A stretch of DNA of 64,000 nucleotides from positions 237,337-301,336 of the forward strand of contig NIVC01001380.1 of assembly GCA_002269645.1 (NCBI GenBank), given 5' to 3'. The notes under the pieces were generated by a model. That model was not told where the DNA came from, did not search any database, and saw only the letters and a list, made by a program, of their open reading frames with translations. This DNA comes from Macrostomum lignano (taxonomy: Eukaryota). Every line of letters starts with the position of its first letter. Within the stretch, counting starts at the first letter, position 1. Shown here one piece after another: positions 25,966 to 42,900 of this stretch. The position numbers were made by a program, and so were the translations under genes.

Positions 25966-26706
25966 ATGCGGATCGGCATCAGAGTTCGCCTCCAGCTGCT
26001 CATGTTGCCACTCCTCCTGTGGCACAGCGCGTCAGGAAGTTTTTATCATCCGAGGCACGGATTTCTCTGCATCCGGCCCGAGTACCAGACTACGGTGTCA
26101 GGCGTCACTTCCGACGTCCTGTGCGCGGATTTGTGCAACAGTGACCAGCGCTGTCAGGCGTTCAGCCTGGCTGACGGCCCTTGCCAGCTGTTCTTGTTCG
26201 ACAAGTGCAGCAAGTCGGTGAAGGACTGCGGCTGCTCCAGGAGAGGCCGGGTGTTCGTGAAGCAGCGGCCGGGACTGGACCCGGGCGCACTGTGCCCGTC
26301 AGGCTACACCATGGACCTGTGCGGCGTGAAGTACAAGGCCCTGCCGACAGCTGCACCGTGGACTACTCAGAGGCAGGCTTGCGAGTCGACCAGTGGCCTG
26401 GCGATCATGGCCGACGTGACCAGCAGCGCTGAGATGTCGCATATCGGGCAGCTTTACGTTAACAACTTCACTGTTGGCCAGTCGATGTGGCTTCACGGTC
26501 TTCAGGCTCCCGGGAGTGTTGAGCCCGACGGAGGCTGGAGCTGGGTCACCTGCAACATCACAGTGAATCCCAGCTTCTGGGCCAGTGGCGAGCCTAACAA
26601 TGCCGGCGGAATCGAGGACGCCATTTTTGCGCGCACGCAGTTGGGTGACGCCACGAAGGCGAACTTGAGAGGTGGCTTGTGCGAGTGCCTGTCACCATTT
26701 GATTGA
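25966..26706 (+). CDS. Secreted PAN/apple + C-type lectin domain protein (single exon, 246 aa)
   Basis: Signal peptide; PAN motif LCADLCNSDQRCQAFSLADGPCQLF; CTLD motifs PWTTQRQACES, MWLHG, WSWV, FWASGEPNN, GLCE. Confidence 0.82.
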   Translation: MRIGIRVRLQLLMLPLLLWHSASGSFYHPRHGFLCIRPEYQTTVSGVTSDVLCADLCNSDQRCQAFSLADGPCQLFLFDKCSKSVKDCGCSRRGRVFVKQRPGLDPGALCPSGYTMDLCGVKYKALPTAAPWTTQRQACESTSGLAIMADVTSSAEMSHIGQLYVNNFTVGQSMWLHGLQAPGSVEPDGGWSWVTCNITVNPSFWASGEPNNAGGIEDAIFARTQLGDATKANLRGGLCECLSPFD

Positions 26707-26964
26707 GCCTGGGAATTTAACCATCTTCTGAGAAAAAGTTAACAGAACATATTTTTATAAAACTTGTTCCTACAATAATTCCCTAGTTATTTTTTGCTTG
26801 TATCGTTTAGTCGACCGATGACTTTACTCGTGAAAAAAGCTTTGCAAATAAAATGAAAAAGCATATTTAAAACTTGGCCTTTTCCCCATCGGCCACATAG
26901 CAGAAGCAATTGCCAGAAGCTGGCATTAGCGCTGGTAAATTACTGTACATGTAAATTACCGCGC

Positions 26965-27150
26965 CGAGTCGTGCAGGAGGTGCTGTTGCTGACGGCGTTT
27001 CGTCGACTGCCTGCGGCGCGTGGCGTCCCGGATTCGGTCGGTCGCGAGGCCTTCGTTCGCGACTTGGCCCAGAGACGCGCCCTGTCAAGTTGGTTTCTAA
27101 GGAACCTGACCACGCATTTTGTTGCTGCTGTTGTTTGTTTGTTTTTTCGC
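26965..27150 (+). mobile_element. 3' fragment of an RTE-like LINE related to the 9675-12845 element
   Basis: VQEVLLLT...GVPDSVGREAFVR parallels VQEVLLLT...GAPDSAGGAAFVR at the C-terminus of the larger element. Followed by a TTG-rich tail. Confidence 0.75.
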
Positions 27151-29035
27151 AACGATGCTGGTTAAGTATGTTGACTGCACGGTCTTTGCAGCTTGAGGAA
27201 CGCGTTCCACAGACGTCGGCCGGCCTCCCGTCTCGGCAGAGGTCACTCATCTTCGGGACGCCGAGCGCGCGCTGGACATCCATCCAGGGCGGAGCTGGTC
27301 TGGTCCGTCTGGTCCTCTAGCCCGCAGTGCTGACAAGTCGCTGCGTCGGTCACTCCGATCCGGTGTGCAAAGGCTGCTAGCTTGATGTTAATTGCGACGG
27401 ATTTGATCCGAGAGCCTTCCACCCGGATGTCTGGTGTGTCGGGCATTGGATTATGAGGTGTCCTCCTAGGCCCACTGCGTTGCTGCCTTAATCGTTGCGA
27501 GTTCTGCCTGTGTCGAGGAGCAACCCGGCCCCGCGGGGCGGCTTACCAGCAGCTATCTCAGAGCCATCTGCCCATACACTGAACCCGGCTCCATCACGCG
27601 GGGCCTCGCCGACCGATCCGTCGGTGTACATGTAGATGGTGATGTCCGTATGCTTTTCGCCGAGCCTCTCCAGCGCAGCCTTCCTGTTCTCTTCCTGCCT
27701 CGCCAGTGCTAGGTAGGCCGCCCGGGGGGGGGGGGGTTCCACAGTCAGGCCCGCCCCGATCGCGCACAGCCGCTTCAGGAGGCTGGTCCTGCTCCTAGCT
27801 TTCGTGACAAAGTGTCGGATGTGCTCGGCGAACGTCAGCCTTCTGTCTATGTAGACACCGAGGTATTTAATCGTCTTAGTTGGACGGAGCCACTGGCCAT
27901 TGATAGATATCTCCCCATCTCCCGCCACGCCACATCTTTATTGTTCAGGCTGAACACACCCACCTCGCACTATTGCGGGTTTAGACTGAGGAGCCACTTC
28001 TTGCTCCACTCAGTGACGGCAGTCACACCCTTCTGGAGCTTCCTGCTAGCTTTGGTGACAGTTTCGGCTTGGCAACACAGGACCAGGTCGTCTGCAAACA
28101 ACCTGATTTTGACCAGCTCCTTAACCTGGTCGACTACGTCGTTAATGTAGATCTGAAAAAACAAGACAGGTGATAGCACGCCTCTTTGGGGCAGCCCTTA
28201 TTTCATAACAATGGTATGTCCACGGTCATTACCCAGTCGGACCCAGGCCAGCCTGTTGAAGAGCCAAGCCTGGACCCACCGGATCAGCCTTGGGTCGAGC
28301 CCCATGCGCCGCGTGTTTTCCAGCAGCCCGTCCCGCCAGACCGCGTCAATGCCCTGACACAGAGGAGAGGATTTGGTCTGTCGTATTCTGGTGGCCAGTC
28401 CTGAAGCCGGAGGAGGAGCCGAAGCGAGCAGCCCGTTGCTTTCCAACGCGTGGTACAATCAATTACTGATCATTCTCTCCAATCAACTTCCCGATGGTAG
28501 CAGTCAAGCAGATAGGGCGGTACGACGAGGTCCGCTCTGGGTCCGGTAAATGCGGTCACACCAGCTAGCGGCAGCTGCTTGAGCAGTTGCGGGTGCACTT
28601 TGTCGGGTCCCGGGGCTTTGCTACCGTCCATCTTGTCCAGCGCTCTCCGCACCTCGGCCTCCGTGATCTCCGGGTCCTGACTTCTCGCAGCCTGACGCAA
28701 ACCTTTATTCAGCTTCCACTTCATCTGCCGGTTCGCGCGTTGCACCTTCACATTGCTGATCTCGGCGTACATGTACGCCTGGGCGAAGGCCGTGGCCTTG
28801 TCAACAGGGGTCACCAGTCTTTTTTGCCCTTAAGCTATGACCTCGGCAAGCACCCTCGGTGCTTTTTCTTTGCATCCGTTGGCCAGCTTCCACATATCCG
28901 CAGCGCTACCCGCTCTCGTAACCCGACTCCACAACTTATCACTCAGCTCGCTTCTGAGCCTGTCCAACGGGTCCACACCATCGCTGGCCGACCCTCCAAC
29001 TACCTCCTCACGTCCCTCCGCCGCCGCCTCCGGTT
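27120..29035 (-). mobile_element. Decayed, internally deleted RNase H-bearing non-LTR retrotransposon (I/Nimb/Ingi-like)
   Basis: KAPGPDKVHPQLLK; QGIDAVWRDGLL; LSPVLFFQIYIND, RLFADDLVL; IKYLGVYIDRRLTF; RNase H YTDGS..GAGF; C-terminal CQHCG...GCP knuckle; A-rich (CAA) tail. Confidence 0.85.
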
Positions 29036-29040
29036 CAGCT

Positions 29041-29157
29041 TTCTACTGGATGGGACTGGAGCAGCTCGACCAGCTCACCGCCACTGGAGTGTGGAGAGTC
29101 CGCTGGGAGTTCAGCGACTTTAACGGTAATTGGCACTGGGCTGAGAATGCTCCGTTC
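29041..29157 (+). pseudogene. Fibrinogen-related domain (FReD) fragment
   Basis: FYWMGLEQLDQLTATGVWRVRWEFSDFNGNWHWAENAPF resembles the FReD segment FWLGLExIHxLT..G...LRxxLxDxxG...A.Y..F. Begins at the truncated 5' end of the LINE. Confidence 0.6.
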
Positions 29158-29397
29158 TTTGTTCTCGATTTGATTTTTGAACTGCTCAAGCAACTGCTTT
29201 CCGTCAATTTTAACTTCCCAATGGCCACCCGGCCCCCTCAAGGTTTTTTCTCTTTTTACGTGATTTTCCGGTTGAAGGAATTTCTGCAGGATTTCCAGGG
29301 CTTTTTTCCGAGATTTCGAAGTGCGGTACAGATACAAGCACATACCGGAAGTTGCAAGTACGAGTATGTGCATATTTGCAGTATGTGCGTGGATATA

Positions 29398-29930
29398 AAG
29401 TAGCTCAGAGTAGCTCAGAGTAGCTCAGAGTAGCTCAGAGTAGCTCAGAGTAGCTCAGAGTAGCTCAGAGAGTAGTTCAGAGTAGCTCAGAGTAGCTCAG
29501 AGTAGCTCAGAGTAGCTCAGAGTAGCTCAGAGTAGCTCAGAGAGTAGTTCAGAGTAGCTCAGAGTAGCTCAGAGTTAGTTCAGAGTAGCTCAGAGTTAGT
29601 TCAGAGTAGCTCAGAGTAGCTCAGAGTAGCTCAGAGTAGCTCAGAGTAGCTCAGAGTAGTTTAGAGTAGCTCAGAGTAGTTTAGAGTAGCTCAGAGTAGT
29701 TCAGAGTAGCTCAGAGTGTAGCTCAGTGGCTCAGAGTAGCCCAGAGTAGCCCAGAGTAGCTCAGAGTAGCTCAGAGTAGCCCAGAGTAGCTCAGTGGCTC
29801 AGAGTAGCCCAGAGTAGCCCAGAGTAGCCCAGAGTAGCCCAGAGTAGCCCAGAGTAGCCCAGAGTAGCCCAGAGTAGCCCAGAGTAGCCCAGAGTAGCCC
29901 AGAGTAGCTCAGAGTAGCTCAGAGTAGCCC
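29398..29930. repeat. 10-bp tandem repeat (AGAGTAGCTC / AGAGTAGCCC)
   Basis: About 50 units, with variant blocks shifting from CTC to CCC distally. Confidence 0.95.
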
Positions 29931-30468
29931 GGAACAGCTCAGGCAGTAGTATCTAAGTTGCTGACTGGTTTATAAATGCATCTCGTCCTACTGATTTTGA
30001 CAATACAATACTCGTATGTACGAGTAATTCATCGCAGACAATGAATGTTTAACAGTAAATATCTGACCGCACTAACTAATGCTATGCATCAGCTACAGCT
30101 GTTTTAATGACCAGATTTACTTCGCGAGATAAGGTTGTTAAATATTTCTGCAGTAAGTTTGTATAGTAGGTCAAACTTGAAATTAAATACCTGCCGCAGA
30201 CCCATGGACGCGATTAAAATCATGCTTAAGAAGTTGCGCAAGAAATGAACAGTATACTTACCTTTTAAGTTCGAGATTCAAATTAAAATTTCACTGACAT
30301 GTGAACCTAGCATCACAGGTAGGCTAAACTATCTAAGACTGTGCGTGCCTATAGTTCGTTTACAAAAGCAACACCGAGGGGTATTAATACCTGCTAAACA
30401 AGCCGTCTGTTAGACCAATAGGTCGGCACCTTTTTGAATCTCTAAACATAGTTAACCTTTATTGAACA

Positions 30469-34618
<4,150 letters not shown>

Positions 34619-34904
34619 CCGATGAAGAGGTTGAATAGTTTCATTGAGACCGCTTATCAGGAACCGCTATTGATCAATAAGTGATGGAGACTTCTGACAG
34701 TTCTGATTCTGAGACTTCCTCTTGATATTTAAATTTTATACGTAAAACATAATGCAACCTGCTAGTGATAAATTCTCTCTGATTAATAATAAAATTTCGA
34801 GTATCCTGACGAAGGGCACGATTTGGCCGAAAATTTGGTCGTCTACTTTATAAACAAAACAAATTATACTTTCTCTCACTGTGTGTGCGGTTTTTAAATT
34901 AATT

Positions 34905-35805
<901 letters not shown>

Positions 35806-36429
35806 CATCTGTAAGCATGAAATCAATGCCAACTGGTTTGGATACAGGGCTGCTAGCTTCAGAACTTCAGAACCGCGCGACAACCGGTTCTGAAAGGAAA
35901 ATAGTACAGATCAACAAAAATGCTTTTCCGCGCACGTCTGCCTATCAACGTTCACTAGCAATTCACGTGCTTCGCTGTACTTCTACTCGAGTACTCTTCA
36001 CTTCACTCAGCCAGCATCTTCTGTCCCCCTGTTCCCTCTCTGACCCGTTTCTATTGCAGGCGAGGGGGGGTGGTTGGCTGGCCAATGGAAAAGCGACCCA
36101 CGGCTCTTAACGTACTACGGAATTCCTGACTCACACAGTACAAGCAGCTCTTTCCCTCCTCTTACTAGTGGACCCTCACCCTCCTGGGTTGAAGGGGTTG
36201 TCTGCTTGGCATTTACATTGCATTCAGTATAGAAGCTCTTGATTGATGACTATTTTAGGAAAGTAAAGGAGAGAGACAGATTCGACAGCGTAGAGGTTTG
36301 TGAGGTGGAAATACGTTTCTAAGAATTTCCCTAAGGCAATCACGTGTGGTTTAACTGCAGAATCCGGAGTGGAATTTCGTCAGTTCAGTCTATCAATCAT
36401 TCAATCTGTCTGTTAGAAACTAAAAAAGC

Positions 36430-39400
36430 ATGCCAACTAGTCCGAATCATTCCGAGGATAAGAATTCAACTGGATTTCCAATGGATCAGGAGATCGATAA
36501 TGACACTGGCGACCCATGTGACGATGCGATGACTCGATCATACAATGTTGGAAAGTCTTACGAGGTCAGTTGGGTCAGGGTTGCTATGACAACGCGTGTG
36601 TGTGTGCATGGGGGAATGGATTATTTTCAATTTGCAATGAATTGAGGAGTATTGGCATTATCCTTTATTCCAAAATGGCTCATCGCCTCATCAGAGAGAT
36701 CAAAGTTTACCTCAGAGGAGCCTTTCAGTAGGCTGACCTTACGGGTGGAAAATGTCCCCAGTGTCCCCAGTGAGTACTGTCCCCAGTGAGTACTGTCCCC
36801 AGTGAGTACTGTCCCCAGTGAGTACTGTCCCCAGTGAGTACTGTCCCCAGTGAGTACTGTCCCCAGTGAGTACTGTCCCCAGTGAGTACTGTCCCCAGTG
36901 AGTACTGTCCCCAGTGAGTACTGTCCCCAGTGAGTACTGTCCCCAGTGAGTACTGTCCCCAGTGAGTACTGTCCCCAGTGAGTACTGTCCCCAGTGAGTA
37001 CTGTCCCCAGTGAGTACTGTCCCCAGTGAGTACTGTCCCCAGTGAGTACTGTCCCCAGTGAGTACTGTTCCCCTTAGGATAGTTTCAGTAAGGTTTCACT
37101 TTCATCTTTTCGTGTTTTTTTGCTTTTCTAATTGTCATTATCTGTGTTGTTAATTGAAAATGTCGTTTTTCTAATAGTAATTTTGGTATTAATGGATTCA
37201 TTCTTTAATTTTGAAAAAACCTAATTTAGTATTGAGACTGTTTATTCTTAAAGCTTAGTATAGAGAAGCACAGACTCCGTTTTCTAATGCGCCCTTGTAC
37301 AATAGGCATAATAGCCAAAGAAACAACCCCCCCAAGCGCCTAACTTCGCACGCCCCTGCACGCAATTCTTGTCAAGAGTATATATATATAATGCATGTAG
37401 CATTTTCGTAGTATATATAGTTTAGTATAGAACCACGTGACTTGACTTCGCAAAGATAATTTGCTATTTTTTGCACAGCGCTGAACGGGTTTTTGGCCAT
37501 AGACGAATTCGGTATAGAGAAAATGCACTAAAGAGACAGGAACAGCTGAAATTTCGCGGGAACCTCGCTTGCTTTGCAGGTCTCTGCCACAGATAGCAAA
37601 CTTTTTACACTCCCTTCTATTCGTATGCCCACAGAAGCGGTTAATGTTGTCTTGGCCCATCTTGTCTTGTGGATAGATGATCATTGGAATTTGGTGTAGG
37701 GGGGTATTGGTTCTTTTACCCACCAATATATAATATATAATAATCTTTAATATTCTCTATTCTCTATAAATTAGATTTCTTGAGTCCACTAGTCGAGTCC
37801 ATGGGAGCCATGACTAGTCGAGTCCATGCCACCGTGGACCCATGGTCCATAGTCGCGTATTTTTCCAGTAGTGGAATGCCTGACTAGTCCGCGCAAATGG
37901 GCTGCTCCAACCGCGCCTTTCCACACTACCCTCCCCCCCCCCCAATTTTATTGCCTTTCTCGGAATTCCAGCCTAAAGCTTCCATGTACATTTCAGTGGA
38001 CTGGCTAATGTACATTATTGCTGAACCTATTACTATTAGCAAGTTGTTTACGCGCCTGCAAGCTTGGTCTTCTCGTAACTTATTAGTCATTTCAGCTGCC
38101 TTTATTTTTATAAAATAGCTCATGTATTCTTCTTTGCTACTGAACTAAAAGTAGAAAGCTGCTTTACTAAGTATTTACAAAGTATACGAGCCTGCATCCT
38201 GAGTGGCCCATCGAGTTATTCTAGCGCCTGTGGTTTCTTATAGGAGCACGAGAATTTCCCGCAGGAAGTTTTCCCGCAGCGAGCTTTTCCCGCAGCGAGC
38301 TTTTCCGCGAGCTAAAAAATACTAGACTAGATTAAGATTAGAATTAGACTAGACTAGATTTCAAATCCGATTGGATTTGACTTGAAATTCCGACTGGAAA
38401 AACCCTGCGGCAAAACCTCGGCGCGCAATTCTCATAGACCCGGAAGATGAGGAGAGGGAGGAGAGAAGGGAGAGGAGAGCGGAGGACAGGAGAAAAAAAG
38501 AGAAGAGAACCGAGAAGAGACACAAACCGGCCGGATTGCTATTGTGAATTTTCAAAGGACCCGAGGCAGGATAGAGAGGCGTGGTGATTACGTAACGTAC
38601 GCACTCGCATGTCCACACGTTGTAGAGAGAGTTGTGCAACTTGTAAGACAGATTTAGAGATGTTGCAGTGTTTGCCTGTCTATCTGAACCTCAGGTCTTT
38701 TGAAACTTCGCAATAGCAATCCGGCCGCTCGAGGTTTCTGTCTATTCTCAGCTCTCTTCTATTCTCTTCTCTCCCCTTTCTTTTTCTCACTCCACTCTTC
38801 TCTTTTCTCTCCTTTCCTTCTCCGTTCTTTTTCTCCTCTCCTCTCCTCTCCTCTCCTCTCCTCTCCTCTCCTCTCCTCTCCTCTCCTCTCCTCTCCTCTC
38901 CTCTCCTCTCCTCTCCTCTCCTCTCCTCTCCTCTCCTCTCCTCTCCTCTCCTCTCCTCTCCTCTCCTCTCCTCTCCTCTCCTCTCCTCTCCTCTCCTCTC
39001 CTCTCCTCTCCTCTCTCCTCTCCTCTCCTCTCCTCTCCTCTCCTCTCATCTCCTCTCCTCTCCTCTCCTCTCCTCTCATCTCCTCTCCTCTCCTCTCCTC
39101 TCCTCTCCTCTCCTCTCCTCTCCTCTCCTCTCCTCTCATCTCATCTCATCTCATCTCATCTCATCTCATCTCCTCTACTTTTCTCTCCCTTCTCTCCTCC
39201 TCTCGAGCCATGAGCGCGATCACTTATCTGACCCGTGAGTTAAAAAAGTTTGCCGAACCCTGCTTTATAGTGTCTTACGAGTATCTTAAAGTACATTTTG
39301 ACTCTTCGGCCAGTATAGTATTATTATTATAGTATTATCATTCGGTTTTATTATCTCCATCAATCTAAATCGCTACCGGATTTACTCTACAAAATTAAAC

Positions 39401-39873
39401 GTTCAAATCACCTTAGACGGAAATCAAGCAGTTGGAGCTCAGCGGACCCTCCTGCTCCGAGGAGACTCTGCCGTTGAAGGAGCGAGCGGCAGTGCAGGTG
39501 GACTTGGCCGACAACCTGGAGCTGTCGGCGCCGCCGCAGGACGCCGCCCAAGCTGGTCGAGCCGTTTGGGGAGGAAAAATCGAATTTCTGCTCACCTGCG
39601 TTGGCTACGCTGTCGGCCTTGGCAACGTGTGGCGATTTCCTTACCTGTGCTATAAGAATGGCGGCGGTGAGTGCAGATTGATGCACAGTGCGAAATTACT
39701 GCTAATAATGGATCAATCTTTTTAACTTCCTTTATACTTCCTCTTTACATCTCTATTTCTCTTCCGCTCTACTTTCTCCTGTGTACTTCTCTCTCTTTAT
39801 TTCTCTCTCACTACTTCTCTCCATTTCTACTTTTCTCTGTCTATTTCTCTCCCTTTTCACTCACTCACTCACA

Positions 39874-39963
<90 letters not shown>

Positions 39964-42900
39964 CTCTCCCTGTCCCTTTCTCTCCCTCTCTCTACCCCTC
40001 TTTACTTCTCTCCCTCTCTACTTCTCTCCCTCTCTACTTCTCTCACTCTCTACTTCTCTACCTCTCTACTTCTCTCCCTGTCTCTTTCTCTCCCTCTCTC
40101 TTTCTCCCTATCTAACTTCTCTCCCTCTCAGCGTCTCTCCCTAACTTCTCTCCCTCTTCCCTGACCCTGCCTCTCTGCCTCCCACTCGCAACTGTGAGCG
40201 CATCTTTGCGATTGCGTGACAGCTCGAGACACTGTACTTTGATGAACTTAATTACTTCTAAAGCTATTTTCTTTGGAGAATTCCATGCTTTGTAGGCAAT
40301 CCAGTTTATTTCCTAGTTAATTAGCACTAGCAACTTGAACCATTCGAGTTCAACATGTCCCTCCTGGGACTCTATATTAGATGGGAAAATTTCCGCTTCT
40401 GTTTCATCCTCATTTCAAAGTGATTATCGCTTTTAAATGGCTCCCACGTTCGGGGATTAATTTTAACTCAGCTGCATCACAGCTCGAAGTAAACGGAGGG
40501 GTAGTGAAATATAAAATTTGACTCTCTCTCTCTCTCTCTGGGGACTGGGGATGGGGACTCCTGTAGACATTCAGGTGTCCAGTGTGCTCAGAGGGGGATG
40601 GCCCCTTTCCTATGGCTCACACATGAATTTCACTACTCTAATCACCATGCAAATGACTGCGAGTAAAACTTTTTCTTTTATTTGGATGTGAAATTTATCC
40701 ACGTCCCTAGGATACAGGGTAGGGGCGCCCACCAATAGACAGAGGCGCCCACCAAGAGACAGGGGCGCCCACCAATAGACAGAGGCGCCTACCAAGAGAC
40801 GAGGGCGCCCACCAAGAGACGAGGGCGCCAACCAAGAGACAGGGGCGCCCACCAAGAGACGAGGGCGCCAACCAAGAGATAGGGGCGCCCACCAAGAAAC
40901 GAGGGCGCCAACCAAGAGACAGGGGCGCCCACCAAGAGACAGGGGCGCCCACCAAGAGACGAGGGCGCCAACCAAGAGACAGGGGCGCCAACCAAGAGAC
41001 AGGGGCGCCCACCAATAGACAGGGGCGCCCACCAATAGACAGGGGCGCCCACCAAGAGACAGAGGCGCCCACCAAGAGACAGAGGCGCCCACCAATAGAC
41101 AGGGGCGCCCACCAATAGACAGGGGCGCCCACCAAGAGACGAGGTCGCCCACAAAGAGACAGGGGCGCCCACCAATAGACAGAGGCGCCTACCAAGAGAC
41201 AGGGGCGCCCACCAAGAGACGAGGGCGCCCACCAAGAGACAGGGGCGCCCACCAAGAGACGAGGGCGCCAACCAAGAGATAGGGGCGCCCACCAAGAAAC
41301 GAGGGCGCCAACCAAGAGACAGGGGCGCCCACCAAGAGACAGGGGCGCCCACCAAGAGACAGGTGCTCCCAACAAGAGACAGGTGCTCCCACCAATAGAC
41401 AGGGGCACCCACCAAGGGACAGGTGCTCCCACCAATAGACAGGGGCACCCACCAAGAGACAGGGGCGCCCACCAATAGACAGGGGCGCCCACCAAGAGAC
41501 GGGGGCGCCCACCAAAAGACAGGGAGCGCTCACCAAGAGACAGGGGCGCCCACCAATAGACAGGGGCGCCCACCAATAGACAGGGGCGCCCACCAAGAGA
41601 CGAGGGCGCCCACAAAGAGACGGGCGCCCACCAATAGACAGAGGCGCCTACCAAGAGACAGGGGCGCCCACCAAGAGACGAGGGCGCCCACCAATAGACA
41701 GGGGCGCCCACCAATAGACAGGGGCGCCCACCAAGAGACAGGGGCGCCCACCAAGAGACAGGGGCGCCCACCAATAGACAGGGGCGCCCACCAAGAGACG
41801 AGGGCGCCAACCAAGAGACAGGGGCGCCCACCAATAGACAGGGGCGCCCACCAATAGACAGGGGCGCCCACCAAGAGACGAGGGCGCCCACAAAGAGACA
41901 GGGGCGCCCACCAATAGACAGAGGCGCCTACCAAGAGACAGGGGCGCCCACCAAGAGACGAGGGCGCCCACCAAGAGACAGGGGCGCCCACCAAGAGACG
42001 AGGGCGCCAACCAAGAGACAGGGGCGCCCACCAAGAGACAGGGGCGCCCACCAAGAGACAGGTGCTCCCAACAAGAGACAGGTGCTCCCACCAATAGACA
42101 GGGGCACCCACCAAGGGACAGGTGCTCCCACCAATAGACAGGGGCACCCACCAAGGGACGGGTGCTCCCACCAATAGACAGGGGCACCCACCAAGAGACG
42201 GGGGCGCCCACCAAGAGACAGGGGCGCCCACCAATAGACAGGGGCGCCCACCAAGAGACGGGGGCGCCCACCAAGAGACAGGGAGCGCTCACCAAGAGAC
42301 AGGGGCGCCCACCAATAGACAGGGGCGCCCACCAATAGACAGGGGCGCCCACCAAGAGACGAGGGCGCCCACAAAGAGACGGGCGCCCACCAATAGACAG
42401 AGGCGCCTACCAAGAGACAGGGGCGCCCACCAAGAGACGAGGGCGCCCACCAAGAGACAGGGGCGCCCACCAATAGACAGAGGCGCCTACCAAGAGACAG
42501 GGGCGCCCACCAAGAGACGAGGGCGCCCACCAAGAGACAGGGGCGCCCACCAAGAGACGAGGGCGCCAACCAAGAGACAGGGGCGCCCACCAAGAGACAG
42601 GGGCGCCCACCAAGAGACAGGTGCTCCCAACAAGAGACAGGTGCTCCCACCAATAGACAGGGGCACCCACCAAGGGACAGGTGCTCCCACCAATAGACAG
42701 GGGCACCCACCAAGAGACAGGGGCGCCCACCAATAGACAGGGGCGCCCACCAAGAGACGGGGGCGCCCACCAAGAGACAGGGAGCGCTCACCAAGAGACA
42801 GGGGCGCCCACCAATAGACAGGGGCGCCCACCAATAGACAGGGGCGCCCACCAAGAGACGAGGGCGCCCACAAAGAGACGGGCGCCCACCAATAGACAGA

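Noticed and set aside
36762-37070. Regular short repeats resembling CRISPR or iteron arrays (also other arrays)
   Set aside because: Units are head-to-tail with no unique spacers, no cas genes are present, and the context is eukaryotic.
38250-38312. Three TTTCCCGC E2F-like sites
   Set aside because: They lie in a short 16-bp tandem repeat, apparently intronic, and a related motif occurs in reverse at ~9465-9482. Most likely a dispersed-repeat fragment.
39210-39234. ATG mini-exon with GTGAGT donor as the SLC6 start
   Set aside because: The phase-1 donor does not fit the phase-0 acceptor at 39417; the exon at 36430-36564 fits.
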